This document shows, in pieces, positions 9,393 to 20,271 of a stretch of DNA of 64,000 nucleotides; the stretch's first letter is position 1, and every line of letters begins with the position of its first letter. The DNA lies in NCBI GenBank assembly GCA_020632595.1, contig JACKFF010000006.1:1460-65459 (forward strand). The letters run 5' to 3'. The position numbers were made by a program, and so were the translations under genes. Source of the stretch: Nitrospiraceae bacterium. GTDB taxonomy: Bacteria > Nitrospirota > Nitrospiria > Nitrospirales > UBA8639. The notes under the pieces were generated by a model. It saw nothing but the letters and a program-made list of their open reading frames with translations, was not told the DNA's origin and did no database searches.

Positions 9393-10453
9393 TGGATGGG
9401 GGGGGAGCCGTGACTCTGCCGGAAGCGGTTAAAGATGTCTGGGGACGTCCCTTGCGATCCTTGCGGGTGTCAGTGACCGATCGATGCAATTTACGTTGTC
9501 AGTACTGTATGCCTGAGGAAAATTATGTGTGGCTTCCTCGGGAAAATCTGTTGACATTCGAAGAAATCGCCTTCCTGACGAATTTATTTTCCAATCGGGG
9601 AATTGATCGAGTTCGTATTACCGGCGGCGAACCTCTATTACGCAATAATGTCGCGGAACTCATCAAAATGCTTCGTCAAAACTCTCGCATTCACGATATT
9701 GCGATGACCACCAATGGGGTGTTGTTGAGCGAGCAGGCGCAGGCTCTTTTCGATGCCGGGCTCCATCGGGTCACGGTGAGTCTGGATACATTGAAGCCCG
9801 CGCGGTTTAAAGCACTGACTCGACGCGATACTCTGGACAGAGTGTTGGAAGGCATTGCTTCAGTGGGACGGGTCGGGTTCAAAGGGTTGAAGCTGGATAC
9901 GGTCGCCATGAAGGGGTACAACGAGGATGAAATTATTCCCTTGATTGAATACGGCAAGCAGGTCAACGGAGAAGTTCGTTTTATTGAATATATGGATGTC
10001 GGTGGAGCCAATGACTGGTCGGCGGAAAAGGTCCTTTCCCGGAAAGAGATCTTGAAAATGGTCGGTGAGTATTATGGTTCCGTCGAGCCGGTGGAGGAGG
10101 TCAGTTCGGCTCCTGCGCAGCGATTCCAGCTATCAGATGGCACTATATTTGGTATTATCTCTTCCACTACCGTGCCTTTCTGTTCGACATGTGACCGGAG
10201 TCGTCTGACGGCTGACGGGATGTGGTATTTGTGCTTGTATGCCAAAACCGGTGTTGACCTTCGCAAGCTCCTTCGAATGGAACGATCACGAGAAGATATT
10301 CTCTCCATCATACAGGCTGTCTGGGAAAACCGAAAAGATCGGGGTGCGGAAGAACGCAAAGAGCTTGAACAGGTCAGCGGTCGTGGCCGGTACATTGATA
10401 TTGAGCGGTTGCGCCAAGATCCACATTTGGAAATGCATGCAAGGGGTGGCTGA
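9392..10453 (+). CDS. moaA: GTP 3',8-cyclase MoaA (radical SAM)
   Basis: CNLRCQYCMP radical-SAM cluster, a C-terminal CSTCDRSRLTADG cluster, and a TAATG overlap with the moaE stop. Confidence 0.9.
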   Translation: MDGGGAVTLPEAVKDVWGRPLRSLRVSVTDRCNLRCQYCMPEENYVWLPRENLLTFEEIAFLTNLFSNRGIDRVRITGGEPLLRNNVAELIKMLRQNSRIHDIAMTTNGVLLSEQAQALFDAGLHRVTVSLDTLKPARFKALTRRDTLDRVLEGIASVGRVGFKGLKLDTVAMKGYNEDEIIPLIEYGKQVNGEVRFIEYMDVGGANDWSAEKVLSRKEILKMVGEYYGSVEPVEEVSSAPAQRFQLSDGTIFGIISSTTVPFCSTCDRSRLTADGMWYLCLYAKTGVDLRKLLRMERSREDILSIIQAVWENRKDRGAEERKELEQVSGRGRYIDIERLRQDPHLEMHARGG

Positions 10454-10724
10454 TCCCCCGCGTTTTCTCCTTATTCCATGTCGGCTCCACCTGCTGCCAA
10501 TACACCCGAATGGTCTGGGTGGAAGAGTCGGCTACCTTAATCGATTCTTGCCGGGTCAACCTTCCTATGCTAATGTCGCGTCGTGATCGAAGACTGTGTC
10601 GGAGTTCATGATTCCTGGTTGTGTTCTTTCCCTGCCTTTTTCGCATTTTCTCTAGCTCAGCCAGATCTGTATCTAGGTTCGCGTGCGGTGCGTTTATGAG
10701 AGAAGCTTAAGGATAGACTGATTT

Positions 10725-11585
10725 ATGGGATGGTTTAAACGGAATAAAAACACGGATCCCGAAGGCACGTCCATTAAAATTGTGGAAGGGATGTGGGTTA
10801 AATGCGCAGTGTGTCGCGCCATTATTTTTAAACGCGAGGTTGAGCGAAATTTAAAAGTCTGCCCGAAATGCCAATACCATTTTCCGCTATCGGTTGGTGA
10901 GCGATTGGAATTGATCGTCGATCCAGGTTCATTCGAGGAATGGGATGAAGATTTAGTCCCAGTGGATCCCCTTCAATTTGTGGACACATTGCCGTACCGC
11001 AAGCGCATTCACAAGGCTCAAGAAAAAACGGGGAAGAAAGAAGCGATTTTGACCGGGCGATGTCAAATTGGCAGGAAACCCGTTGCGCTTGGCATTTTTG
11101 ACTTTTCATTCATGGGTGGGAGCATGGGATCGGTAGTCGGCGAGAAAATCTGTCGGGCAATCGACCACGCGCTGACGGGGCATATGCCATTTTTATTGGT
11201 CACGACTTCCGGTGGAGCACGAATGCAAGAGGGGACTTTGTCACTCATGCAAATGGCCAAAACGGCTTCAGCCTTGGCGAAACTACAAGAAGCTCGAATT
11301 CCCTTCGTTGTCCTGTTAACGGATCCGACGTTTGGCGGGGTCACTGCCAGTGTCGCGATGTTAGGGGATATCATTCTAGCGGAACCGAAGGCGCTGATTG
11401 GGTTTGCAGGCCCACGGGTCATAGAGCAAACGATCAAAGAGCATTTGCCTGAAGGCTTTCAACGTGCTGAGTTTTTGCTGGAACATGGCATGGTTGATCA
11501 TATCGTGGAACGAAAAAATCTTAAGCCAACCCTGGAAACGTTGCTTGCGCATTGTGTGACAGAAGTCTCTTCCCCTTCGGAGTAA
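10725..11585 (+). CDS. accD: acetyl-CoA carboxylase carboxyltransferase beta subunit
   Basis: Zinc ribbon CAVCRAIIF...CPKCQYHF, then GGSMGSVVGEK and GGARMQEG. Confidence 0.9.
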   Translation: MGWFKRNKNTDPEGTSIKIVEGMWVKCAVCRAIIFKREVERNLKVCPKCQYHFPLSVGERLELIVDPGSFEEWDEDLVPVDPLQFVDTLPYRKRIHKAQEKTGKKEAILTGRCQIGRKPVALGIFDFSFMGGSMGSVVGEKICRAIDHALTGHMPFLLVTTSGGARMQEGTLSLMQMAKTASALAKLQEARIPFVVLLTDPTFGGVTASVAMLGDIILAEPKALIGFAGPRVIEQTIKEHLPEGFQRAEFLLEHGMVDHIVERKNLKPTLETLLAHCVTEVSSPSE

Positions 11586-11684
11586 TCGCCGAAAGGGCTG
11601 GACTGCCTTGAGCCCCGGTGGATCCCAGCAGCCATGCCGATGGGATATTCCGTTCGTGGGGAAAGTCATACGTTGTAGTTATTA

Positions 11685-13025
11685 TTGATACGAAATCTCC
11701 TTCCCTTTATAGTCTCCCGCCCGGTTTCGATTCCTGTGGCTAGTTATCCAGAAACGCTTGACTATCTTTTCTCCTTGCACCGGTTTGGTATCAAGCTTGG
11801 CCTGGAAGCCATTACCGATATTCTTGCCAGGCTGGGGAATCCTCAGCGCCAATATCCCACCCTTCATATTGCCGGCACGAACGGGAAGGGTTCCTCCTCA
11901 GCCATGCTGGCCAGCATCCTTCAAGCGAACGGGTATCGGGTTGGTCTGTATACTTCCCCGCATTTGATTGATTTCCGGGAGCGCATACGTGTTCAGGGAA
12001 CAGACATTTCGGAAGAATGGGTCTGTGCCCTGACCGAGCAAATCCGGCGAATTGCCGATTCACTCGGAACACTGACATTTTTTGAATTTACGACCGCGCT
12101 GGCTTTTCTCCATTTTAAAAACCAACAAGTGGATATTGCGGTGGTGGAAGTCGGAATGGGCGGACAGTTTGATGCGACCAATGTGTTGAGCCCCATGGGG
12201 GCTTTGATAACAGGGATTAGTTTTGATCATGAGGCCTATTTGGGAGACTCTCTGCAGAAGATTGCAAGGGAGAAGGCCGGCATCATTACACAAAAGGCTC
12301 CGGTGGTTTTGGGACCCATGCCGGAAGAGATTCTCCAGATTTTTGAAATCCAGGCCAGGAAGTGGCAGGCACCATGCTTTCGGATGGGTCAGGAGTTTTT
12401 TCTTCTGGAAAACAGCGCAACGACGTTTACCTATCAAGGGCCGCGATGGACGCTTCCAGGACTACAGACGAATTTGCCAGGCCGGCATCAGATGGTGAAT
12501 GCGACGAATGCTCTGGCGGTATTGGAGATGGCTGTCGATAGCATATTCCCTATTTCACCGTCGGCCATCCGGACCGGTTTGCAAGACGTGAGATGGAGAG
12601 GTCGCTTAGAAATCGTGCAACGAAATCCATTTTTGCTTCTGGATGGCGCGCACAATCTTGCTGGGGCTCAGGTGTTATTTGACTTTCTTCACTCACAAAT
12701 TCATGATGGCGCGGGACGACAACTTATTTTGGTGGTTGGGATGATGCGCGACAAAAATCTTCGGGGATTTTTGCGTGTGTTGATTCCTCTTGTTGACCAC
12801 CTGATTCTCACCCAGCCACGGATGGAAAGGGCGGCGTCGGTAGATGAGCTCAGTCAGGCCGTCGATCGCGATGATCTGGTGCCGTGTCTACTTGCAGATT
12901 CATGGGAGGCTGTTTGCAGGGCCAAAGACATCGCGAAACCCGCAGATGTGATCTGTGTGACCGGGTCGTTATTCCTGGTTGGGGAGGTACTCAATCGGCT
13001 CACTCAGCCGGGTTCCCCAACGTGA
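11685..13025 (+). CDS. folC: bifunctional folylpolyglutamate synthase / dihydrofolate synthase
   Basis: HIAGTNGKGS P-loop and a Mur-ligase layout. accD-folC synteny is common. The TTG start at 11685 is uncertain. Confidence 0.85.
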   Translation: MIRNLLPFIVSRPVSIPVASYPETLDYLFSLHRFGIKLGLEAITDILARLGNPQRQYPTLHIAGTNGKGSSSAMLASILQANGYRVGLYTSPHLIDFRERIRVQGTDISEEWVCALTEQIRRIADSLGTLTFFEFTTALAFLHFKNQQVDIAVVEVGMGGQFDATNVLSPMGALITGISFDHEAYLGDSLQKIAREKAGIITQKAPVVLGPMPEEILQIFEIQARKWQAPCFRMGQEFFLLENSATTFTYQGPRWTLPGLQTNLPGRHQMVNATNALAVLEMAVDSIFPISPSAIRTGLQDVRWRGRLEIVQRNPFLLLDGAHNLAGAQVLFDFLHSQIHDGAGRQLILVVGMMRDKNLRGFLRVLIPLVDHLILTQPRMERAASVDELSQAVDRDDLVPCLLADSWEAVCRAKDIAKPADVICVTGSLFLVGEVLNRLTQPGSPT

Positions 13026-15319
13026 CGTGTGCGAGCCCGGGAGATAACCGGCGTGTTCATTGGCCCCGTTCCCATAAATTGTTGCTTGGTGTATTCATCT
13101 TTTTCACGATACTGTCAGCGGGAGACACCGTGTTCGGGCAACCGGATGGTCCCGCTGTGGAATCCGAGGAAGTCCCTGCTGCTTCCTCAGCTGGGAAGGG
13201 CTCTGCCGAACCAACTTCAGAGGGAGTTCCCGTCGCCATTAATGGCGACCGGATTGAATATGATAATAATCGGGAAGAATATCAAGCGACCGGGGCTGTG
13301 GATATCACACGCGGACCCATTCATCTCAATGCGGATGAAGCCACGCTACAAAAGCTTACGGGGCGTCTCACGGCGCGTGGGCATGTGCATTTACGAGATG
13401 AGAAGACCGATATCTGGTCGGAGGAGCTTGAACTCAATCTCAATACCGAAGCGGGTGTGATCATCAATGGTAGTATTTTTCTCAAGGAGCAGAATTCCTT
13501 TGTGACGGGCCGACGTCTCCAGCGGTTTTCTGAAACCCATTATCGGGTCAAGGAGGGTTCCTTTACCAATTGTGATGCGAAGAATGGCGAGATTCCAGCC
13601 TGGCGATTTAACTTTCATGATATGGATGTGGAATATGAGGACAGTTTGTTTGGTAAAGGCGTATGGTTCAATGTGAACGATGTGCCGGTGTTCCCGCTTC
13701 CCACCTTTCGATATCCGCTGGGCGCTTCTCGAAAAAGCGGATTCTTGTTTCCTACTACCGGGTACAATACTAATTTCGGTTACCAGTATCGGCAGGGGTA
13801 TTTTTGGGCCATCAATCCCAGCAATGATTTAACCATTTCCCCCCAAATCTTAACGGAGCGTGGAGGAGGCGCGGATCTGGAATATCGCTATGTGTGGAAT
13901 CGGCTCACAAAGGGAGAATGGTTGGTACGCTCGCTTTATGATACCCAGCAAAATCGTGGGCGGGCAGAAGTTCGAGGAGCTCATGTTCAGCAATTTAATC
14001 CTGATTTGTCCTTACGAATGCGCGCCAATTTTTCAAGTGATCGAACGGTTTTGCAGAATTTTAGCAGTTCCGGGACTCAACGGGCTTTACCCAGCCAAGA
14101 GTCTCATCTCACTATTTTGCAACGGCTTGATCATGGAGCGCTGTATTTTTCTGGTCAATATATTCAGCCGTTAAGCACCGGCGGGAGTACGACCTTTCAG
14201 CGTTTACCGGAAATCGGGCATCGCTTCGTGAATCCCAGTGTCTTGGGCAGTCCCATATCGCTGACTGCGGAAACGACCGCGGTGCAATTTCACAGGCAGA
14301 CGGGATTCGATGTCGGCCGTATCGATGTGATGCCGGGACTGTCAATGGAAGGGCTCCATCTGGGGCATGCATTGGGATTCCGTCCCCAGGTGAAATTTCG
14401 TGAAGTCGGGTATAGCCGAGGACTGACTGACAAATCAGCGCAACATCGTGAAACCTTTTGGGCCGGCGCTGAATTGTTCTCGAATGTCTCAAAACGGTTT
14501 TCCCTCGGCGATGGGAATTGGATCCGGCATTCTATACAACCGAATGTAATTTATGAGTATGTGCCACAGACAAAACAATCCGAATTAGTTCAGATCGATG
14601 CGGTGGATGATTTGATTCAAAAGAGCCTGGTGACCTATTCCTTGAGAAATCGTCTGAGCCAAATTGGTGGCGGGACGTCCAATGCCTGGTTGGATCTGTT
14701 CTTTGCCCAAAGTTATCATGTGGCCGATCCCCCGCCCTTCGCCTCCCGCTTTTCAGATATCTGGACACGGGGGGATTTTCATTCACCGGTCGATTCCTCA
14801 GCCTTCATCTCGGCCTTCAATCTGAGGGTTGATGCCTTTTACGATCCGAATAGGAAATATTTTTCTCAGATGAACACGGATGTGCTCATCCAAAGCCGGC
14901 AGACATGGTATATGACCGTTGGTCAGCGGTATACCAAAGCGGGGACGAGAGTGCGCCGTGGAGATATTTGGAATCCCGTGTCGTTTAATGAGGTGTTGGC
15001 TCCGGATGAGGAAATTCTCTATCTGACCACTGGTGGTGGAGTGCGTTTGCCGCATGGTGTGACCCTGGGCACCAAGTGGTATCATGACTTACGGACGGGA
15101 CAGACTGCGGAATGGGATGTGGTCGGGCTATACCAAAATCCTTGCCGATGTTTTTCCCTCGGGCTTACATATACAAGGCTTCCTGACCGCTCACAATTTG
15201 AATTTCTTATCAGTCTGACCGGGTTGTGGGGTACCCAAGGGCATGGGACGCAATTAATGAAGTTGATTTTGGGCCCCATCATGGCGGGAGAGCGTGGAAT
15301 TCCTTGGGACTATCGGTAA
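13022..15319 (+). CDS. lptD: LPS-assembly outer membrane protein LptD (OstA)
   Basis: OstA_N-like region (NGDRIEYDN...HLNADEATL...ARGHVHL) followed by a long beta-barrel-like C-terminus. GTG at 13022 overlaps the folC stop (GTGA) and precedes a signal-like segment LLLGVFIFFTILSAG. Confidence 0.8.
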   Translation: MTCASPGDNRRVHWPRSHKLLLGVFIFFTILSAGDTVFGQPDGPAVESEEVPAASSAGKGSAEPTSEGVPVAINGDRIEYDNNREEYQATGAVDITRGPIHLNADEATLQKLTGRLTARGHVHLRDEKTDIWSEELELNLNTEAGVIINGSIFLKEQNSFVTGRRLQRFSETHYRVKEGSFTNCDAKNGEIPAWRFNFHDMDVEYEDSLFGKGVWFNVNDVPVFPLPTFRYPLGASRKSGFLFPTTGYNTNFGYQYRQGYFWAINPSNDLTISPQILTERGGGADLEYRYVWNRLTKGEWLVRSLYDTQQNRGRAEVRGAHVQQFNPDLSLRMRANFSSDRTVLQNFSSSGTQRALPSQESHLTILQRLDHGALYFSGQYIQPLSTGGSTTFQRLPEIGHRFVNPSVLGSPISLTAETTAVQFHRQTGFDVGRIDVMPGLSMEGLHLGHALGFRPQVKFREVGYSRGLTDKSAQHRETFWAGAELFSNVSKRFSLGDGNWIRHSIQPNVIYEYVPQTKQSELVQIDAVDDLIQKSLVTYSLRNRLSQIGGGTSNAWLDLFFAQSYHVADPPPFASRFSDIWTRGDFHSPVDSSAFISAFNLRVDAFYDPNRKYFSQMNTDVLIQSRQTWYMTVGQRYTKAGTRVRRGDIWNPVSFNEVLAPDEEILYLTTGGGVRLPHGVTLGTKWYHDLRTGQTAEWDVVGLYQNPCRCFSLGLTYTRLPDRSQFEFLISLTGLWGTQGHGTQLMKLILGPIMAGERGIPWDYR

Positions 15320-15324
15320 CCGTC

Positions 15325-15969
15325 ATGCGGATTATGGCCATGCGCATGCGCGCGTTTCCGGTGATGGTGCTATGGGGCTTAGCCTTCTGGCCGCTTCATG
15401 TCTGGTCGCAAGAAGTCGTTACTGATCAGGTCACCATTACGTTGGCAAGAGGACAGTTGTTTGGCATCACGTCCGGCGAGGGAATTGCCAGGAGGGTGTT
15501 AGCGCCGGGGGAAGACGTACTGGTGGTTGAAAGCAAAGGTGTGACGGGATTTGTTCAGACAACCACACGGTTGCTTGGTTTTTCAGGTCGGTTGCAACGG
15601 TGGGTGGAAATGAATCTTTCCTCGGCCGAGGAAGTGATCACCGCCACGGTCACTCCCCAAATGATTATTGTTCAAGGTCGACAGGCGGCTTACGGTTTTC
15701 AAAGTGATCTGGGTCGTTGGAAACGGGAACCTTGGGGAGCCGGAGAGGTCTTGGTGAAGAGTATTGTGAATGACTATGTGGCCGTGCTCATTTCCAATCG
15801 ACGGGCCTTGGGGTTTTCTGCGTTGACCGGAGGGTTTTTCCCGCAAGATCTTCCATCCGGCAATACGATTGATCAGACGGAAGCCAATGCGAATATTGTA
15901 ATCATCCACCTGTCAGGACTGATGTTGGTATTCCGATCCGGATTGGCAATTTGGACGGTGTTGCCCTGA
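15325..15969 (+). CDS. hypothetical secreted protein
   Basis: ATG at 15325 gives MRIMAMRMRAFPVMVLWGLAFWPLHVWSQE, a signal-peptide-like start. No family recognised. Confidence 0.45.
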   Translation: MRIMAMRMRAFPVMVLWGLAFWPLHVWSQEVVTDQVTITLARGQLFGITSGEGIARRVLAPGEDVLVVESKGVTGFVQTTTRLLGFSGRLQRWVEMNLSSAEEVITATVTPQMIIVQGRQAAYGFQSDLGRWKREPWGAGEVLVKSIVNDYVAVLISNRRALGFSALTGGFFPQDLPSGNTIDQTEANANIVIIHLSGLMLVFRSGLAIWTVLP

Positions 15970-16197
15970 TTAATTGGAGGCAGGACTACTGGCTAATTCC
16001 TGGTGCTTGGTGACGCCCGGGTAATCCACCCCGATAGGCCTGTTTGAGCAATAATGGCTCCACCAGTCAATGACTTCCTGAAGAAAAGGATCTTCCGGAC
16101 CCGTTGCAAAGAGGTGACCATAGAGATAGCCGGTTTGGGTATCAAAGAGAATGAATATCGGCATGGGGGCGGGTTGTGGAAGATGTGGCGTGTCCAT
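15970..16197 (-). CDS. hypothetical small protein
   Basis: 75-aa ORF filling the gap on the opposite strand. No motif recognised. Confidence 0.25.
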   Translation of the reverse strand: MDTPHLPQPAPMPIFILFDTQTGYLYGHLFATGPEDPFLQEVIDWWSHYCSNRPIGVDYPGVTKHQELASSPASN

Positions 16198-16489
16198 GGG
16201 TCGTCGGGATCGTGCGTCAGAGGTTCCTTCCGTTTTTCTCTAGGTATTCTTGTCGGAACGTGTTGGATATTTCTTAAATATACCCTCGGATCAAAGGGCG
16301 GTGATCGTTCATGGGAAATTCAGCGTCTTATCGAGGTTTGACTAGACGAGGGGAAGGGACCCGGCAACGATTGGAGCAAATTAGTAGACAACTCTTGACC
16401 TTCCCCGTCAAATGGGGTAGCTATGTTCCTTTACCGCCCAACCTGGTCAACGGTATGGGCGTTTATCTGGGCTGAGAGGGAGGCTAATC

Positions 16490-17950
16490 ATGGAGGCATT
16501 CGATTCTGCTGGATCAGCTATCGCGAAACAGGTTGCCAGGATCCTGCTTGTTGAAGATGAAGTCGATGTGCGGGAGTCCATCAAGTTGCAGCTTGAGGAT
16601 GAGGGACATCAGGTTGTAGACACGGAATCCGGCGGCGATGCCTTGGTGCTGGCCGAGTCCTCCCAGTTCGATGTTGTCCTGACCGACGTGATGATCCCCG
16701 ACATTAACGGAATTGAGCTGGTTCAGCGCATTACGCAGCTTCCCAATCATCCGGTCATGATCGTCATGACGGGATATGGGTCGGTGGAGATGGCGGTGAA
16801 AGCGATTAAAGCCGGTGCCTTTGATTTTCTCTCTAAACCCTTTTCCATGGATGTGCTGAGTGCCACGCTTGCCAGTGCCATACGTGTTAAGTGTCTTCAG
16901 GACGAGAATGTCGAATTGAAAAAAACCGTCAGGGGCCAATTTAGTTTAGGAAAACTCATTAGCTCCAGTCAGGTGATGCAAGAAGTGTTTCAGCTGATCG
17001 ATTGCGTGGCGGATACCGATAGTACCGTGCTGATTTTAGGAGAAAGTGGAACCGGCAAAGAATTAATTGCCCAAACCATTCATTGTCATAGCACGCGGCG
17101 CCAGGGAAGCTTGATTCCTGTCAATTGCGGAGCGATTCCCGAGGCGTTATTAGAAAGTGAATTGTTCGGTCATGAGAAAGGTGCCTTTACCGGAGCGGTC
17201 GCATCACGAGTCGGACGATTTGAGTTGGCGACCGGGGGAACCATTTTCCTTGATGAAATCGGTGATCTGAGTCCTCCCCTCCAAGTCAAACTTCTTCGTG
17301 TCTTACAGGAGCGAACGTTTGAACGGGTAGGAGGTACTCGAACATATAAGTCGGATGCTCGTGTCATTGCCGCCACAAATCAGGACCTTGAATCCCTGGT
17401 GGCTGCGAAACAATTTCGGGAAGATTTATTTTATCGGTTAAATGTGGTGCCGGTTCTTGTCCCTCCTCTCCGGCATCGGGTCGAAGATATCCCCCTCTTA
17501 CTTCAGCATTTCATCACAATGTTCAATGATCGCCGAAAAGCGGAGCTCACCGGGGTGGCTGATGATGCCATGAGTCTCTTATGTGAATATCCCTGGCCGG
17601 GAAATGTTCGGGAACTTGGAAATATCGTTGAACGGATTGCGATCTTGAAACGGCGGGGGCTGATCGTCCCGGAAGATTTACCGGAAAAAATCCGGCGATT
17701 ACCCTCCTCTCATCTCCCAACCATGCCCGCGGCAATTCCTGTGGCCGGGATGGATCTCTCGAGGACGGTTGAGGAGTTTGAAAACCGGTTGATTCTTGAA
17801 GCGCTCGAGCGAACGAATTGGGTCAAAAGTAAAGCGGCTCGTCTCTTGCAAATCAATCGCACCACCCTCATTGAAAAGTTAAAAAAGAAATCCCTGGCCG
17901 AAGTGGTGGCACAACGTGCCACCCCATCCGAAGATCTGGCTGACGTGTAA
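16490..17950 (+). CDS. sigma54-dependent response regulator (REC-AAA+-Fis HTH, NtrC family)
   Basis: REC (LLVEDE...[15 protein letters not shown]...LSKPF), Walker A GESGTGKE, the sigma54-contact loop GAFTGA, and a C-terminal HTH ([15 protein letters not shown]). Confidence 0.9.
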   Translation: MEAFDSAGSAIAKQVARILLVEDEVDVRESIKLQLEDEGHQVVDTESGGDALVLAESSQFDVVLTDVMIPDINGIELVQRITQLPNHPVMIVMTGYGSVEMAVKAIKAGAFDFLSKPFSMDVLSATLASAIRVKCLQDENVELKKTVRGQFSLGKLISSSQVMQEVFQLIDCVADTDSTVLILGESGTGKELIAQTIHCHSTRRQGSLIPVNCGAIPEALLESELFGHEKGAFTGAVASRVGRFELATGGTIFLDEIGDLSPPLQVKLLRVLQERTFERVGGTRTYKSDARVIAATNQDLESLVAAKQFREDLFYRLNVVPVLVPPLRHRVEDIPLLLQHFITMFNDRRKAELTGVADDAMSLLCEYPWPGNVRELGNIVERIAILKRRGLIVPEDLPEKIRRLPSSHLPTMPAAIPVAGMDLSRTVEEFENRLILEALERTNWVKSKAARLLQINRTTLIEKLKKKSLAEVVAQRATPSEDLADV

Positions 17951-18149
17951 CGATCGAGGACACCCGGCCTTTCCTACCCTGTGTTTGCCTTCCCATTTTG
18001 AACAAGCCTGAGGTTCTGACCATTCCGTCAACTCCTTGACGGCGGCAATTTTGTCCGTTCGTCGTCGTCCTGACAAAACTTCCTGGTTTTTCAACGAAAA
18101 CCCTGTGGTCGATTTTTTGTCATCGGCAAGAATGACTCCGGTCTAATTT

Positions 18150-20267
18150 TTGCTGAAGAGGTCTATCAGGTTGGAGCAGAAACCAAAAGTGAGGAAATGT
18201 ACTTGGATTGTGCTGTTCTGTGTGATCTGGCCCAGCGCAGTTTTGGGAGGCCCTTGTTCTGATTTTTCCTGGTATGTTTCCCGCGATATGGTTATGCCGG
18301 AGATTCTTCGAAAGGGGCAGGATGCCTTGCGGGCGGGACAACTCTTGGAAGCCAGAAAGATGTTTGCCACCTATCTGAATGAGCAGGAACATGGGCAGTT
18401 TGCAGAAGGGACCCGTTGGGTTCTGGCCTCTCTTCCTGATCCCTTGGATGAACCCGGGAGAGAAAAATTTCAACGCATCGAACGTCTCCAAGCGATGAAA
18501 ATGAATGATCCGGGGAGTGTGTATGTCCCATGGGCCGTGTGTGCCATGGGTAATGTGTATTGGGAGGCTGGATGGTTTTCAGAAGCCAGCGGAATATTCG
18601 AAGATTTTCTCCGGTCCTATCCCGATCATCCGTTAGCGGGTGGAGTCATGGTCGAAGCCGGGCTAGGGTATCTGAGCAATAAGCAATATTTGGAGGCGGC
18701 GCTGATTCTCAGACGAGTGGTGGAAGAACCCAAATGGAGTGGCCATCGCCTCAAGGCTGCATTAGGGTTGGCGGATGCTACGGCCATGGCGAAGGCTTGG
18801 AAGCAAGCGTATTACTGGTATCGGGTGGTCGAAGCCGAAAAGCCTGAACTCATTCGCGGGTCTGGAACTTCATCCTATCAGTATGGATTAACGGAACTTG
18901 CCGTTGGAAATCCCGACATGGCGATATCCAGATTTTTGCTGGCGGTGAATCTCCATCCGCATGAGGAGCCAGCCGGTATGGCTTTGAACCAGATATCAGA
19001 AAAGTTGTGGAAAGAAGGGCATGAATATCTAGCCTTGTATTTTGCCGATCAAGCCCGACAACGTTTTCCCGACCAGGAGCCCGGTCGACGGGGACAGGCC
19101 GCGCTCACCAGATGGGTCGTGGCGTTTGTCACCCGGGAGCACGCCAAGGAGGACTGGGTCAAGGTGTATCATCGGTTTGATGATTTGGAAATCTATCTCT
19201 CGCTCTCATGGGATTATGTACTGGAAACGGCCGATATGCTCAGTCATGCTCTGGAAAGGGATGTGGCTGATGAGGGCCTGTTGTGGATGGGGCAAGCCTA
19301 TCAGGCGCTTGGCGAATACGCTGATGCGGTTCAAGCCTATGCCCGCCTCATTGTCGTAACCCCGTCCGATGACAGGCGTCAGACAGGGCAGGATCGACTC
19401 GCCCGCTTGTTACAGCATCAGATTCGTTCTTTCTATGATTCGAAAGCCTGGGTGCCGCTACTCAAGTTTCACGCCGATTATCAAGATGCGTTTCAGCTGG
19501 TGCCCTTGGAACGGGAGCGTCTCTTCATGGTGGCGCAAGCCTATCAACAAGTGAAACTTCCGGCTGAAGCCTGGCATTGGTATGGCAAACTCTTAAAGGA
19601 GTATCCCGACAGTCCGCTTCGGGAAGACATTCGTCTGCAGCAGGTGGTAGTTGCTCAAGAGCAGGAAAACCGATCCTTGGTGCGAGAGGCGGGGGCGTCC
19701 TATCTCCGGGAGTTTCCTCATGGCCAGGGACGAGGGCGGGTGGAGACCATTCTTGCCTTGGAAGCTCTCACGGACAAACGGTATGAAGAGGCGATACAAG
19801 GTTTCTCGTCGGCTCTCCAGCATGTAGACGGTGCAGTAGAACAACGCTATGTGCTCCGGAATCGGGCACGCGCCTATCGAGCGCTCGGGCGGATGGAGTC
19901 CGTGGTGCAAGACCTCCGCCAGGTGGTGTCCATTCAACCCACGCAGGTTTCCGATGTCCTCCGTTTGGGGGATGCCATGTTTGATCATGGGGACTATGTC
20001 GAAGCTCAACATCAGTACGATCAAGCCCTGGCCTTTGATGCGCCGCCGGCCTTGCACACCTGGGCCAAATATCGGTTAGCGGCTTCGCTTGAATACATGG
20101 GGAAGTCCGATGAAGCGGCCACACTGCTTGCTGAAATCCGTCAATTACAAACCCGTTCTCCCGAATTGGAACATACCATTCGTTCGGCCGCCACGGCGGT
20201 GTTGGATGAAATGTCCTCGAAAGAAACGCCACCAACCAGGATACCCGATGCCCCAATTAAATCCTAA
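18150..20267 (+). CDS. TPR-repeat protein, probably exported
   Basis: Repeated TPR-like AxxxYxxAL/G helices throughout (e.g. MGQAYQALGEYADAVQAYARL, GDYVEAQHQYDQALAF) and a hydrophobic N-terminus (WIVLFCVIWPSAVLGG). Confidence 0.7.
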   Translation: MLKRSIRLEQKPKVRKCTWIVLFCVIWPSAVLGGPCSDFSWYVSRDMVMPEILRKGQDALRAGQLLEARKMFATYLNEQEHGQFAEGTRWVLASLPDPLDEPGREKFQRIERLQAMKMNDPGSVYVPWAVCAMGNVYWEAGWFSEASGIFEDFLRSYPDHPLAGGVMVEAGLGYLSNKQYLEAALILRRVVEEPKWSGHRLKAALGLADATAMAKAWKQAYYWYRVVEAEKPELIRGSGTSSYQYGLTELAVGNPDMAISRFLLAVNLHPHEEPAGMALNQISEKLWKEGHEYLALYFADQARQRFPDQEPGRRGQAALTRWVVAFVTREHAKEDWVKVYHRFDDLEIYLSLSWDYVLETADMLSHALERDVADEGLLWMGQAYQALGEYADAVQAYARLIVVTPSDDRRQTGQDRLARLLQHQIRSFYDSKAWVPLLKFHADYQDAFQLVPLERERLFMVAQAYQQVKLPAEAWHWYGKLLKEYPDSPLREDIRLQQVVVAQEQENRSLVREAGASYLREFPHGQGRGRVETILALEALTDKRYEEAIQGFSSALQHVDGAVEQRYVLRNRARAYRALGRMESVVQDLRQVVSIQPTQVSDVLRLGDAMFDHGDYVEAQHQYDQALAFDAPPALHTWAKYRLAASLEYMGKSDEAATLLAEIRQLQTRSPELEHTIRSAATAVLDEMSSKETPPTRIPDAPIKS

Positions 20268-20271
20268 ACCG

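Noticed and set aside
10374-10646. 90-aa minus-strand ORF downstream of moaA
   Set aside because: It overlaps the moaA 3' end by ~80 nt, has a weak RBS and an Arg/Ser-rich composition, and shows no motif. It was kept out of the feature list.
12884-13021. ORF-track start of the lptD ORF at 12884, overlapping folC by ~140 nt
   Set aside because: The overlapping part has no LptD-like or signal-peptide character. A GTG at 13022 overlaps the folC stop (GTGA) and immediately precedes a hydrophobic signal-like segment.
16400-16440. TTGACC-N17-TAGCTA sigma70-like promoter before the first sigma54 activator
   Set aside because: The -10 hexamer matches the consensus at only 2 of 6 positions; not supportable from sequence alone.
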